A stretch of 63,862 nt of DNA, the filler included, from Octopus bimaculoides (Eukaryota), in assembly GCF_001194135.2 (NCBI RefSeq). It is 6 parts of 6 records of this genome, joined end to end, with 100 filler letters (N's around TTAATTAATTAA, not from the genome) between each part and the next. Parts side by side here need not be neighbours in the genome. Positions count along the whole stretch, not along the records: positions 24,481 to 49,194 come from NC_068998.1; positions 49,295 to 52,899 come from NC_069000.1; 4 more parts are not named here. One strand, written 5' to 3'. A program made the translations under genes and the position numbers. Shown here in pieces: positions 36,311 to 50,545 of the stretch. Each line of letters starts with the position of its first letter. Position 1 is the stretch's first letter. Below the pieces are notes generated by a model. It saw nothing but the letters and a program-made list of their open reading frames with translations. It ran no database searches and was not told the DNA's origin.

Positions 36311-38714
36311 TATATGAAATCGTTATAGTATGAAATATTATAATGTGCCAAACAAATTATTACAATACAATAATCCGAATGAATTCAGATATAAGTAAAT
36401 CCCTGGAACCTTTAAATTCAAATTATATATTTTTTCCATTAATAAGGAATGTTTTGAAAGTATTTCTACAAAAACATGTCATTTCTCCACAAAAAAAAAA
36501 GAACGACAATTTTTCATGACGATTTTTCTTCGAAAACTTATGGAATTATGTGCATAATGAAATATTTTCAAAAATACTATCTGAGGTGATTTCTTAAGAC
36601 CTACCATCTGTTAAGTTTGATTAATTCTCAGAGCTGTGACCTTTATACTTTACCAATACAAACCTTACCTTGAAATCTACACGTAATGTGACAACTACTG
36701 TTGTCAGTTAATATAAAATTTAGCTTTCCTTCATTGAATTTTGAATATTTTTGTTAATGTTCTTGCCAATATGTTACTAGATTATTATGAAAAAATATCC
36801 TATTATACTGAAATTTTAGTAACGTTTCTAAAAGGCTCTTATCTTAAAACTTTGTCAATTATTTAAAAGAAAACAAAATGACAAGTTTTTATAATTTCGC
36901 CAAATTTTATTTATTTTAGCTGTTATGGCATTACAAAGATAACCTCTCCACCTTCATTTTTAAATTATAAATTATTAATTCTTAAACAGACACCAACGAC
37001 CTCCAAGTTTTGGTAAAGATATACTAAAACTCTTTGTATTATCATCAATGTCACGCTTTGCTTTACTCTTGTCAGATATTTTTCTGATCTCTCACCAAAA
37101 ACGTCTTTCTTTTTTTTTATATTTGTAAGGAAATCTCTAAGCTATCACTGGAAATTGTCTATTATTCAGTATTTCAAAAATTTCTATTCAACACTTGATA
37201 TTTTTTAATTTCTTCCCTAATTCTCAGACGTTATATATAATCTTATACCAAAAGAGATTTGGTAACTTTAAAATATTTAATGTCTTTTGTTATAATCCGA
37301 CAATATACCCACATTCATCAAGTATTGTCCAATTAGTTCAAAATTGACATCGTAATTGGGCAGCTATTTCTTCAATAATGCAAACATATAAAGAAGTAGC
37401 GGCATTTTCATTAAAAAATTGCTAAAGAAACAGAACGTAAACACGAGAGATAGTACCAAGACTCTAACAAAAATAAAATAACGTAATCGATAACGAAGGT
37501 TCTACGGTTTCGTTTATTATGTTACACATAGAAGCCACATTTCTTAAATGATACTCTATCGTCTTCAGTATGACTGAAAACAATGAATAACATACAAAGT
37601 GGGGTAATGAAATCTGAATCATCTTTGTTTATAAGTCTGCTCAATAAGCGCTAATATTGACTAAACAGGACATCATAATTTAATAAATTCAGCGTCAATT
37701 TGTTCTCTGTTTTCAAATCTTAGATTAGTCTCTCTCTTACCAGTGATGATCTTAAATGAAGGCAGCCCAAGGAAATTCTTCTACGTGTAAAACATATAGC
37801 GAACTTTGGAGTTAATATGATGCATTGAGTAAAAATACATAAAAAAATGTCTATCATTTAAATTTAGACCGGTAATGAAGAATAAGTCAGGAATAATAAT
37901 CATAATTCTCTTACCCAGAAGATTAACATTACTTTATGCTTTTCTTCAAAAATGTCCATATATTTTCGCAGTAATTGTAAATTCCAGTATGTATAAATAG
38001 CTTAAGCTTAGTTGAAGCTGTCTCGTAACAGGTCCGGAGTTCTCACTTTACTTAACAAATATCAACCCATTCTCTATAAATGGCCACATTCAATTAATTA
38101 ATTTCTTCGTTTAGTTAAATAGTATTTTGTCGCATTGCATTAAGTACTTTAGTTCTATTTATGTAAATGTACGTTTTCATGGAATGGGTGTCATATATCA
38201 CTGCCTTTACAATATTAAAAGGGGTCTTTCCGAACAACAGCAAATTATGGAATGTGCAAACAATGAAGTAAACGTTGGGAACAGAAGCACTATATTAACC
38301 TGCCTCATACAATACTATGTACAATGCTGTGAAACTAAATCAAACGTGAACCAAATAATAACGTGTGCGCGCACGTGTGTGTGCATATATCGAATGAGAG
38401 AGAATACGTAATATTCATATAGCTGTTCTATAAAAATTCAAACATATTCAATAGTGAAATTGCAGCTCGTTTCTATGTTAAATTACTGCTTATAATCTGT
38501 AATATCGTTTACAGCAAAGATTCTTATTTCACTCATTAGTTGTAATAGCGTCTAAAAAGTTTCACTTGTTATTGTTGTATTGTTTAACTCTGAGTAAGTT
38601 TCACTAATCTGGCTTATGATAAAATATACCGGATGTGATCATTCTATCATTATTTTGTTTTACTTCAAGCATAGTATAGCTATGACTACATACTCAAAGC
38701 ATCCTTTTGTAAGA

Positions 38715-39000
38715 CATCATCATCATCCGGTCGGGCGACCTGTCCGGACGAAAACGATTCTTTTGCGCCAGATGTCCCAATAGAGCGATATGACATGAAT
38801 GTCTGGCTTTGGTTTGTGCCAAATTTCGCAAGTCGAAAGAACTCTCCTGCACACAACATAACTTCAGGTAATAGTTGTAGTACGCTAACTGAACTAGTTC
38901 ATCCTGGCAGTTGACGGATGATTCTCTGTTCATCCGCTCAGCATTTAGTGACATTCGACGTTGATTCAGTAAGTTCATCTGACAAAATACCTCATATCCA
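38715..39000 (-). mobile_element. Possible RTE-type LINE 3' end with (GAT)n tail
   Basis: Minus strand ends ..CGTCCGGACAGGTCGCCCGACCGGATGATGATGATG; degenerate Cys/His-rich coding remnant upstream. Confidence 0.35.
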
Positions 39001-39965
39001 ACATGCTACATCCTACAACTTCGACGTACAATTTCTCAGGTGGTTACATGATATTTAACTGATAAATGGCACCCTGACAGTGACTATTAGTCAGGGAAAG
39101 AGTACCCCTAGAAACAATAGTGGCTAAGAGGTGGTTCGACATTCTTCAAATTCTTGGATTTCTTGAACCAGGACCACACTTCCGGATGCAGTTTAAAGTT
39201 GTAAAAGGATTGGGGTATAAAATGAAAGAGATTTGGTTTATAATATACGGGGATAAATAACAAAACAGATGTTGTTCTGAAGAGCCTTTGGCTGATTTGA
39301 GTAAGAAAATAGCAACGAGCTATGAGATAGAGAACTCTAGAAACAGATGTAATTTCTCTCCTAGTCAAAACTAAAGGGGAAAATGTATTACTGAGAAAGC
39401 CAATAATTATATTCATAAATCAAAATAGTGATATGGTTAAATGGTCTTATTCAAAAGGTTTTGTAAGGAAGTTATCTTTTAAAAAGTTAGAAAAAAATAT
39501 GGCTTCACTAATTTTTCCTTTTTTTACACGGATACACTGCCATTTTTCCAGTGACGGATAAGAGGTTCACTTGTACTGATGTTTGTTTGAAGGTACGTAT
39601 TTTATAACTGAATGGATATTAAACTGTAAAAGTACGGAATAGGGAACCAGCAGATTTATGTGAAATGATGTTACACCAATACCTTAACACGAGATATATA
39701 AGTCATTCCCTTATATTAGACATAAACTATTTTTAGAACTAAAATTCTATTTTGAACGTTAAAGCTATTTCTATAAATTATATTTCCTACATAAATAAGT
39801 AGATTGATATCCAAATTAATGGGTGGTAGATTTAATCTAGAGCCTCTTTCCTTTAGCAAATTTTCATTCTCGTATAAGAGTTAAAACCAGATCTCTGGAT
39901 AGAGAAAACATATCAAATAATATTAGTCTAAATTTTTGCCCAAAGTTTGGGAAAAGTTTCAGATA

Positions 39966-40345
39966 CTCTTTTACTTGTTTCAGTAATTTGACTGCAGTCA
40001 TGCTGGAACACCACCTTGAAGGGTCTTAGACGAATAAATCGACCCCAGGACTTAATTGTTAAGTCTAGTACTTATTCTATCGGTCATTTTTGCCGAACCG
40101 CTAAGTTACGGAGATGTAAACACACCAACACCGGTTGTTAAGTGGTAATAGGTGAGGACAAACACATACACATATATATGCAACGGGCTTCTTTCAGTTT
40201 TCGTCTACCAAATCCACTCACAAGGTTTTAGTCGGACCGAGTCTACAGTAGAAAACACCTGCCCAGGTGTCACACAGTGGGACTGAACCTGGAACCATGT
40301 GGTTGGGAAACAAGCTTCTTACCACACAGCCACTTCTGCGCCTCT
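39966..40345 (-). mobile_element. SINE family A, full-length copy (~380 bp)
   Basis: Contains both the tRNA-like head (seen at 1931/24481/52668) and the 3' half (seen at 3935/36118/49305), joined by a short CA/TA tract. Confidence 0.88.
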
Positions 40346-42354
40346 ATGTTTTCATTTTATAATTCTACCAATTTAAATGGATCAGATAATTTTGGTCTCG
40401 GTGTAGTTACCTTATATTATAAGCGAATGTTTCTATGTCACTCTGTTTATTAGAATCGTATAATATATGGCTTCTAGTTTACGATGACATAAAGAAAACT
40501 TCTGTATATTTTAGTCTGGAGAAAATTATAAGACTCGCAGCTGTCTGAGACTGCTGAAATGGCTTGGTCGTTCATTTTCCAAATATGCAAGTTAACTATT
40601 CCAGGATAGATAAAAGCCGGATGATTATTCTATCGAGCTGATATTCTGAGAAGCAAACAGTTGAGTGAAATTATTTAGTATGAGTCTACAGATGGGAAAC
40701 ATAGTAGAGCTAGAGTTGAGAGCAGTACATTGGGAGAGAAATGACATGGAGCGAGCTAGTTCAGCTAGAAACTTGAATTTTATGTAAAAGATGCATCCAT
40801 TGAATTATTATTTGACTGGAAAAGGCGAAAAGTATTGGATTTACTTTCAAAAAAGTTTTACTGTAGCGTTTTAGAGCCAGGTCGACGAAGATCACCAAAA
40901 GCATTCCCGCTGTAACCAATCTGTTTTTTTGTACATATGGTACTACAGAGTATGTCAAAACATTTTAAAATCCCATGATAAGGCATGATTTGAGGGAATT
41001 TGTTTGTTACTTTTAGCAGATTAAGCTACAATGTAGAGGCTTTTCCGTTTAATACACGATTGCTTTTATTTTGGTATACGAGTGTAACTAACTCGGGAAG
41101 TACTTCGCTCTCATATATAAGGAGAAAATACAGCGCTCATTTAAACATTTCTTCAACAGATTCATTTCTTCAGAATACTGAAACCCAAGTAAGTAACACC
41201 AGAATGAAGAATTCAACAGGACAGATGCCTTAACCATTTATGTATTCTGTGGAAATTGAATTTACAGCTTATTTCAGATAAATGAATTGTAACATGTATT
41301 TCCTCCATTTCATCGTTTTCTTTCTCTTGCTTATTAATCGAAAGAGATACAGGAAATATAACTGAACGACTATTTCTTCTACGTACGTTTTAAATGTTAT
41401 CTATAGAGAGTTATAAAATTGCGATCTACAAATCACATGACTATTAAGTTTTCTCCTGCTGCATATTATCTGGTTAATACATATCTATCCACACCTAGCT
41501 GCCTGTGGCCTTAGCAGTTGTCTCCATAGTAAATACATTATGAAATGAGAATAGAGAATGTATTCCAAGTGAAATCTTCCAAGAAAATTTATTTTCTTTA
41601 AAAAACTCGAGCTGCCAAACAGACAATGCTTGTATGATAGATAGAGTTTATACATTTATAAGCGCACAAATTTACAAATCTATAAGGCATTTCTACATAA
41701 GATAGATGCGACAAGAAATGGAGAGCCCTCACACACTGACAGTCCCTTCACCTATTACGAGTGAGGCAACTATATTTTATATAACTTTTCTTCTGTTGCA
41801 TCATGTTTTTTTTAGTTTTTAGTATACTTTCTTCCGTTCACTTATATGCTGAACAGTAGTTTATATACAAATTAGTAGGTAATGTACAAAGCAGTGGCTA
41901 CTATAAACGTTATAGTAGCTAATATGCAAAGAACACGATGCCAGCATCTCTCAATCAGCAACCGCTATCAACTTATACTTAATTTTTCTGCTTTAAACCC
42001 TATGAAATTCGATCAATAAAATGATGAACCCAGACTTTGATTTGGAAGGGTCATACCTAAGTTGCTGAATAGGAGTTGGGCATCTGGCTACATATTAGGA
42101 TAGAAATGTATTAGGAACAAAAGTACTTAATTAGTGAAGTACAATTAAATAAAAGTTATAAGCAAGAGAAACATAGTTTGTGAAATGTTAATATATCAGT
42201 CTTCCCACAGAAATTGTTTAGAGGAGACATGATAATTCCCATTAGATATAATTTTTAATAATCTTAAAAAGTCCGTTGATGTATTTAACAGGACGAAAAG
42301 GATTTAAATATATTAAAAATAAATAAAGCTAGGAATATTATGACAAAGAAAGAA

Positions 42355-42363
42355 AGAGAGATT

Positions 42364-42427
<64 letters not shown>
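42355..42427. repeat. (AG)n microsatellite
   Basis: Direct run. Confidence 0.95.
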
Positions 42428-42428
<1 letters not shown>

Positions 42429-43689
42429 GATAAAAAATGTATAAAATGGTTTTAACTTAGATTCAGATACAATCAAAAACACTACATCAGGGTATTAACT
42501 TTTTTCAAAGAATAAATATTTTATAATTAGAGTTAAAACGGTTAGAATGAATTCAAAGGGTGGAACTGGTGCCTGTTACACAAGTATAAAGAATCACGCA
42601 TTAGTCGTAACTCCCTTAGGTGTCCACTCAATCTAGAGAGAATTGTAACCTCAAATCAGAACCAAGTATATGAATACTTCAGAGAACACTTCAAACTTAC
42701 GCTCCACAAATGAGATTTGAGACTGAGAGTTGTCAACATTCACCAGTAGGTCTTTGTTCTCTTTCTCCAATCAAATTGGAAAATTCAGTTAATTAATTTT
42801 GTATTTTGTTTTTTATATGTCATTTCGAACTTCACCAATTGCATGATTTGCTTAAATTTTAGAATGAAGAATTTAAGGAAATTACGAGTTTAATTTCACA
42901 AAAAGTTAAAGTTACATGCTTAGAAGGAAATCGGATATTTTTCAGCAAGGAGAGATGACATCGTCTTATCGTGTAACTTATACCATTTCCCAGTTTGTTT
43001 AATACTGTGAATATGAGATAATAATCAGGTGTCAGATAAACACTGTTGGTCTCAGTCTGGTCCTCACGAAGATCTGTTGTTCAGAAGAAATTGAAACCAT
43101 TGTTTCCAATGTTCCTACATAAGCTTTAACTGAACTGGGAAGGCTAAAAAGAATTTGAAAGTTTTTAGTTGTTCATTCTCGAGAGAATCTGTTCAATTTT
43201 AGACATGTCATCCTTATCTACCTGATCCGTTTCACTTAAATCTTTATAACGAGCTATTATGCAAATTATTACGGACAAAAATTCTTTGTAATTCGATTTA
43301 TATATGTAAACTTCTTTGTGGACTGCTCAAGTTGGATTGAGTTAGATAATGACTCAGTAAGAATGATCCAGTAATGCAAAACATATCCATAACGGCTACT
43401 TTGTCTCCAAAAAAGACTAGATTTTCCTTGAAGCATGTAAAATAATGTTTGCAAAATTAATTCTTAATTTCTATAAATCATCTTCCCTTTTCTTTGGAAT
43501 CAGCTAAGAATTACTCATCTTCAAGTAAAAAACATCGCTTAATGAACATATCTTCATTCAGATTATTCGAACTAAATGTGCTGATATTTTATGTTTTTTT
43601 TTTGTTTTTTCAGGAGAAGCTTGATTTATTGGCGAACAGTCAACGGCGTTGGAGATCATAAATATCAAAATTGTAGTTGAGAAAAAGGC

Positions 43690-44440
43690 AGCTGACACGG
43701 GCGATTGGAAGCCGTTTTAATATTATAAGTGAATTAATTACCTATTTCATACTGAAGCGTGCCGGGTGTCAAAATGCCGACATCATGACTGATGCTCAAT
43801 GCTCTGGGAATTTTGGAAATGCTGTAAGACGTGATACGGACAGTAGCAACGGAGGAGGCTACAAAACCGTGGTCAACATGGAATAACACAGCAAGTATTG
43901 TGACTGCGACCACACGGTGGAATTCATCCAACAACTGCAGGAACAGGGCAATTGGCTCAATTCAGACGATTAATGACTATGTGAAGCTGTTATTGACTGT
44001 AGTTAATCCCATAGGAGAGGGCTGCTACGAGAAGGCAACAGGATTCGGCCCCTTGTCATACTCCGAAAAGAGTCAAAAGAGGTTATCGGAGAATTTCTAT
44101 GACATCACCAGCCCCAACTTCTGGTCAGCTAATTTTTTCGATTTTAATTTCATGGATTACCACGTGTGGAGCGCGGTCAAGAAAGACACCGAGCGCTCTG
44201 CTTGCTACACCAGCTTGGAGCTGGCGGCAAGACCAAAGAAGTGTTTGAAAATCATCCCAGAGATACGCTGAGAGAGTCATGCATAAGCTTTTGGAGCTGG
44301 TGAAGCAGAGGGCGGCTACATTGAGTAAACTGATATCTCTCAGTTGATATTTTTTGTATTTTTAAATTACTTTTATTTATGGATGGTATATTGTGTTTTC
44401 GTTTTCCTTTTATGCATATTGTCAAATTTAGCCCGTTCAT
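43690..44440 (+). mobile_element. Tc1/mariner superfamily remnant, maT/DD37D-like, internally deleted
   Basis: QQDSAPCH..EKSQKRLSENFYDITSPNFWSANFFDFNFMDYHVWSAV (WPPNSPD..PLDY.VW-like)..EAEGGYIE*. Confidence 0.75.
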
Positions 44441-46610
44441 AATCTTTCTACAGTGTTCTATTTAGAAGCGATTGAGAGCTGAATTAGACTTAAGATTCCT
44501 TTGTGTCTCGGTTTGAGTTTTCTGACCTGTTAGGGTTACTGGCAAGCTTAAGGAGCTGCTAATTGATTTTAATGTAAGTGGTGACAATTGTATAGTGATG
44601 TTTGAGATATATTTCAGCTTCCTGAATACTGTGGCTTTGTACCACCACGTTTATAAAAAAACATATCAGAAGTTGTGCCTATATCCGTTATCTTATGTGA
44701 ATGGTAGAATCATAAGCGCATCTGAAAAAAATATCTTAAGAAATGAAGTTACGATCCTTATCGTTCCGTACAAAAAGTGACAATATCAGTTTAGGCTTCC
44801 ATAGTTTTGGAGTCGATAAAATAAGGTACTAGTGAAGCTACTCAAATACTTAGATTCCCGGTTCCGACTATTCTCATCACTTCAAAATTTCTCGTCTTTT
44901 TCCTAAATCAGAAACTATTATAACAAAACGTGGCGCTCAACTCTTTTATGTTCTGCATTCAACTTTCGCCGTAATCACATTTGATCTTTATCTTTTAGAA
45001 TAGAGAAGTGTCGATAAAGTAAAGTACCACTCAAATAGTGGGGTTGGTGGTATAGATGAAACTTCTTTCACATTTGCTTGCACTGTGCCTACATTAGAAA
45101 CCTTTATTGCAGTAGACGATTGGACTAAGTGATATTACAAAAATCAGATACGTAAGAGATAAATTTACTTTAACATGAATGATCCAGTAAAAGTTACTAA
45201 TATAGTCACAGTTACTTTATTTTTATATACCTCACATTTATTGTTGACCTTGTGTTAAAGTCATAAAGATATTAATAATTTTTCTCTACTTCTAGTATCA
45301 TTTGTTTTATTCTCTTTTTCCCTCCTTATACATATTACAATACAGAAGACGTTATTGTGGCAAGTAGAAAATATACATCCATTTTTGTTATGTAGATTCC
45401 TTGTATTATACTTCCTTCACCCCTACCACCACATTACTCGCTTCTTACATATTGGATTCCTACAGACAGAATGAGAAATAGTAATCATTTTAATTCTAGA
45501 TGATATTGACTGAGTGTCATCCACTTCATGCAAATACTGTTAATAGTAGCCACAAGTGCATCAGTCATGTACAAAATCTCAGTATGTTTATATTCATGCT
45601 GAAAGTTTGAAACATGAGAAATGTTTTGCCCGTGTAGAAAGAATTAGGTATTTTATCAATTCCAATTAGAATTAATTTTAAAAAACAAAAAAAAAATTAT
45701 AAATAAAGGATATAAATTTCTTATGCAAGTTCGAACACAGAACGTAATTATCTTGAAAGGAAAAAATGCTTTTCCTTATAAAGTTTTCTGGTTAGAACTT
45801 TTTTATGTGCGTTTGATAGTAAATGATATTAATCAATTTAAATAATTACATTTTTCTTCTTTTGAGAAGAAAAAATACATCCATGCTATTTTTCATTCCT
45901 TTGGTCAATAAGAATTTCTACCAATGATAAATTGAGAGGTGCCAATATCATTCTTCTAATCGGGTGACAGAGAACCATTCAGAAGGATAAATACAATGTA
46001 TGAAATAAAATTTTATTCGGGGAAAACATAGATGATTCATCTGGGAACAATAAGGTGTGGAGACGGAACAATATGGTGCGAATGGAATAAATTGCTTCTG
46101 GGAAATTTTATATTAAGGGAAAAATCCATTTATAAAATAAAATATTTCAAAACTTGCAGCAATATTTTGCAGCAAAATGTCAGATAGTAAAGTTTCTTAT
46201 ATTCAATAGAAAAAGACAAATTTACAGTAGTTTCATTGATGTACTAAAATATGTATGGAACAACGGTAGTTTATACTGCCATTGCTTAACTACTAATACA
46301 CCTCTCTCTCTCTCTCGTTCGTTTCCACTCTCTTCATATCACCCAACGGCAACCAGCCAGAAAATGTCTTTGATATGTTGTAAGAATGGAAAAATTATAT
46401 TTTCTTATGGTTAAGTTCCAAACTTTGAAATCGAATGCTCTTGTAAAATAGTGCTTTCTGTATCTAGACAACAGAGCTTTAGCCTGAAACGTAGAAACGA
46501 AGGGCAGAATGAAATATAAGTCGTTCACAGACATATCGTTTTACATTAGTCACTTTTTACACTAGTCACTTGATGCATTTGGCCACTGGCTTGCTGCTCT
46601 ACTCTGTTAG

Positions 46611-46654
46611 TTACGACAAATGGGTTGCATTTGTACAAGAATTCTGGCGGCAGA
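46611..46654 (+). other. Candidate 44-nt exon
   Basis: Pyrimidine-rich CTCTACTCTGTTAG acceptor, GTAAGT donor; all three frames open (YDKWVAFVQEFWRQ / LRQMGCICTRILAA / TTNGLHLYKNSGGR). Confidence 0.3.
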
Positions 46655-47019
46655 GTAAGTGATGCAGCATATATCGGTGTCTTGTTTTTGTGGTAATGCT
46701 TTTGCGATCCTGTCCGTGAGGTGTAGATAAGATTTGTTGTTGAAAAGCTGTGAAGATTGTTTACTTTTTTTCTTTCGATTGCACTTTTTTGATATATATT
46801 AGTTGAAAGTAATCGGTCATATTATGTAAAAAGACAAACAAACTTAGTTTCATTCATAAATACTAACTGGCAACATTCAAGACCAGATATGTAATGCAAA
46901 ACAAAATAACTTGCCCGTTAAGATCATGAATAATCCCAATGTGGGCGACGGAACAAAAAAGGAATCCATCGTGTGTGTGCGTGTTTGTGCGGGCGTATGT
47001 GCGCATGTATATATATATA

Positions 47020-47039
47020 GACACACACACACACACACA

Positions 47040-47073
<34 letters not shown>

Positions 47074-47140
47074 AATACATACATACATACATAAATACAT
47101 AAATACATACATACATACATACATACATACATACATACAT
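47020..47140. repeat. (CA)n + (TACA)n compound microsatellite
   Basis: Direct runs. Confidence 0.95.
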
Positions 47141-49304
47141 GTAAGAGCAGCCCGCTAGATGCTTGGGTATGATTGTGCACTTTAGATTTCGAAGTAATAT
47201 TTGGAGCTCCACTTTATTAATGTTATTCCCGAATGTTGGATTTGCTTCACATTTCCATACGTGAGTAAATATTTCATATAATTCAAGCTAATCATCATCT
47301 GGATTTTCTCAGCAGCGATATCTTATGATAGATAGTTGATATTATACTGATTTTGGTGGATGTTTTCTCCCCAATCTCATAAGATTATCAAAAACATTTT
47401 CTATAAATAAGCTCATATTTTGTAGAAAGGAGCGCATTCAAATTGGTTTAAATCCAATATATAAATGATAATTAATTAATTAAAACCAAAGATAACGTTC
47501 ATTGCTGTTGAATCCAGAATGTAGAGAAATTAAAATAAAAATTACAAACATTCCGGTGACTTCTCTATTTTTGGCATATCGTCTATCTCGTCCCTTAAAC
47601 TTAATTAACTTACTACACAAGCACAAAATCACATGCGTGTGGAAGAAAATATATTTGATAAAATAAGCAGTGCGTATGCCTTATGCTTACCAAATCAAAT
47701 TTTGGAAGACTGAAGAAAACAGCGTTTGCAATTCAAAAAATTGGTGAGTCGTGCTTTCTGGTTTCAAACGTGTATCCGTCTCTCCCATGTTTAAAAATGT
47801 AAGATATTTGGTTGTTATATTCTGAATGCTATATGGTGACATAGAGGCTATCTTATTTGCTCGAGATCAAGAAAAGACGATGAAGAATGCTCATTACTTG
47901 TTTAGTCAACTACTATGCTTGCTTAGTGTCTGTTTAAGAAAAAAATTGCAAGATATTTACTCTGACATTGTATTATTTATGGTCCACTCTAATTTATTCA
48001 ATTAAAAACTGAACATTATGATATCCATCTAATTTATTCACTTGCAAACTGAACAGCAATTTTCAAACAGAAGGAAGACGCAAACAAAATTTGTCGACAT
48101 TATTCACAAGCAAAACAGCTAATGATGTAGTAATTACCGTATAACTTCTAATTTAAATGAATTAGTGATTGATACCGTTATTCATATCAAACTACTCTGC
48201 GTATGCCTACGTTTTTGACATTCATGAGAACTTGTAAGAGCATATGGATTTCTGAATGTGTTTCTATGTGGATTAGAGAAATATGTCGCATATATTTTCG
48301 TACGTGTTCCAGCGCTCTTTGAATTTCTGCATTGTTTTATTTATATTACTATGACATTTAAAAATTATCATAAAAGCAAACGGAATGGAATAACAATCAC
48401 TTTCCAAAGATTTTAATGGGTATTATCTAACGAATGCAAATTATTATTATTATGAAGTAGTTGTCCTTGGGGCAAATGACCTAAGGGTTAAACAAATATT
48501 TGTTTGAATTTGTTTTTATGAAATTTAATGAACCTAGGTCAGTCAGAGAAAGATTCTAAATAACCCCAGTTTAATGCATTTTATACACACTTGAAAACTA
48601 AATGTAAATTATTGCAATATGGACAAAAACAAAGCGATCTAAGATGTAAAGAGGAAGAATTATTCTTTAAAAAATGAAAATATGCTAAAAACACCTAAAA
48701 AAATCTCAAGCGCTGATGCAAGTGGGAGTGTGTGGTTGACTGTGTTACAACAAAGCTAACTTATAACGCATTTATAGTAAACATTTTATGAAAACTGAAT
48801 GATCTTTTGAAAATAAAAATAGTACATATGAGAATACCCAATAAAATATGCTTAAGACGATTTCAATAGTAAAGGTGTGCATACATAATTCGCAGAAAAC
48901 TTCAAATATATTTCAGTACAAAACCGTTCAAAGTTTAGTAAATTTTGTCTAATAGTTTCAGGAGTGGAGCAGCTTGTCCTTATTTTGAATACGTAGGATA
49001 TGTAGAAATGTAGTTATAACATAAAAATAATTTAGGGATGGCATAAAAATTTCCTTGTTTATTGACGAAAGTCTATTTCTGGGTAGACTACTTCCGCTGC
49101 CAGTTTGACAGCTAACATACCTGCTTGCTTGATATGTTCAATATATAATATATACAACTATATACATATATGGATACATATATATATATATATANNNNNN
49201 NNNNNNNNNNNNNNNNNNNNNNNNNNNNNNNNNNNNNNTTAATTAATTAANNNNNNNNNNNNNNNNNNNNNNNNNNNNNNNNNNNNNNNNNNNNATATAT
49301 ATGT

Positions 49305-49520
49305 ATGTGTGTCTGTGTCTGTCCCCCCAACATCGCTTGACAACCGATGCTGGTGTGTTTACGTCCCCGTAAATTAGCGATTCGGCAAAAAGAGACCGAT
49401 AGAATAAGTACTAGGCTTAAAAAAAGAATAAGTCCTGGGGTCGATTTACTCGACTAAAGGCGGTGCCCCAGCATGGCCGCAGTCAAATGACTGAAAAAAG
49501 TAAAACAGTAAAAGTACTTT
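49305..49520 (+). mobile_element. SINE family A, 3' half
   Basis: CATCGCTTGACAACCGATGCTGGTGTGTTTACGTCCCCG..GATAGAATAAGTACTAGG..GGCCGCAGTCAAATGACTGAAA. Confidence 0.85.
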
Positions 49521-49609
49521 AGTATAGCCTGGTTAAGCTATACAAAAACAAACAAACAAAAAACGAAAACAACGGAGAACAAGAGGGTGTTGATGTAGAA
49601 TTTATTTTG

Positions 49610-49785
49610 TTACTGTCGGTTATACACTGCGAGGGCGAAAGCGATCGGCCGACTCCTGCTTCAGAGAAGTCCTGCTTAACCGGAAGTTTCCTCCGCTGCA
49701 GACCAGCTCATTAGTTAATCCGTAGTGAAGTTCCTGTTTACAGTTCGTCTCTTATAAGGCCTCGGGCGATGCCCTACACCAGCTT
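49610..49785. promoter_or_regulatory. Candidate promoter: CpG-rich non-repeat patch with exact ETS motif ACCGGAAGT (49679-49687)
   Basis: Locally CpG-dense unique sequence in an AT-rich background; direction and activity unknown. Confidence 0.35.
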
Positions 49786-49974
49786 CATTTTTTTTAAAGT
49801 TGACAGTAATCCCTTTTTTTTTTATTTTGGATTTGCTTGTTGCAACAATTCTTCATAAGTTCTATATTTTATCAAAGGTATTCTTAACATCCTACTATAT
49901 TCTAACATGCGTCTTCGATTCAGTCTCAAATGTTCTCTGCTATAGAAATATATAAGTGTGTGAGTGTCTATGTA

Positions 49975-50130
49975 TATGCGCATGTTTGTGTTTGTTCCTC
50001 AGCACCGCTTGATAACGGGTGTTGTTTGTTTATGTCCCCGTAATTTATTAGTTCAGCAAAAGAGACCGGTTGAATATATACCAAGCTTAAAAAATAAGTA
50101 CAGGGGGCAATTGTTCGACTAAAATCTTTT
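49975..50130 (+). mobile_element. SINE family A, 3' half (old)
   Basis: CACCGCTTGATAACGGGTGTTG..GTTCAGCAAAAGAGACCG..TTCGACTAAAA. Confidence 0.72.
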
Positions 50131-50196
50131 TGAACGCTCCCTTCTACATTTATGCCGACTCCTCCAGCCTAAATCAGTAACTGGTTGATTTGTTTT

Positions 50197-50545
50197 GTGG
50201 TGCGCATGGCTCAGTGGTTAGAGCATCAGGCTCACAATCATGAGGTAGTGAGTTCGATTCCCGGACCTGACTGTGTGTTACGTTCTTGAGCAAGACACTT
50301 TATTTCACGTTGATCCAGTTCACTCAGCTTTAGAAATGCTTTGCAATGTCACTGGTACCAAGCTATATCAGCCTTTGCCTTTCCCTTGGATAACATCAGT
50401 AGCATGGAGAGAGGAGGTTGGTATGCATGGGCAACTGCTGGTCTTCCATAAATAATCTTACCTGGACTTTTTCCTCGGAAGGGAACTTTCTACGTGCAAT
50501 CCCATGGTCATTCATGACTGAAGGGGGTCTTTACCCTTTACCCGG
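50197..50545 (+). mobile_element. tRNA-derived SINE family B
   Basis: A-box TGGCTCAGTGG and B-box GTTCGATTCC followed by TTGAGCAAGACAC and a non-tRNA body; no cloverleaf 3' end. Confidence 0.85.

Noticed and set aside
39108-39416. 102-aa minus ORF (and open plus frame)
   Set aside because: No motif, splice signals or family resemblance.
43590-43660. Strong T-rich CAG acceptor
   Set aside because: Followed by a maT-like transposon remnant; no donor or coherent exon.
50197-50270. tRNA gene (also heads at 1931, 51735, 52668, 55966)
   Set aside because: A/B boxes are present but there is no acceptor stem or terminator; each continues into a SINE body.
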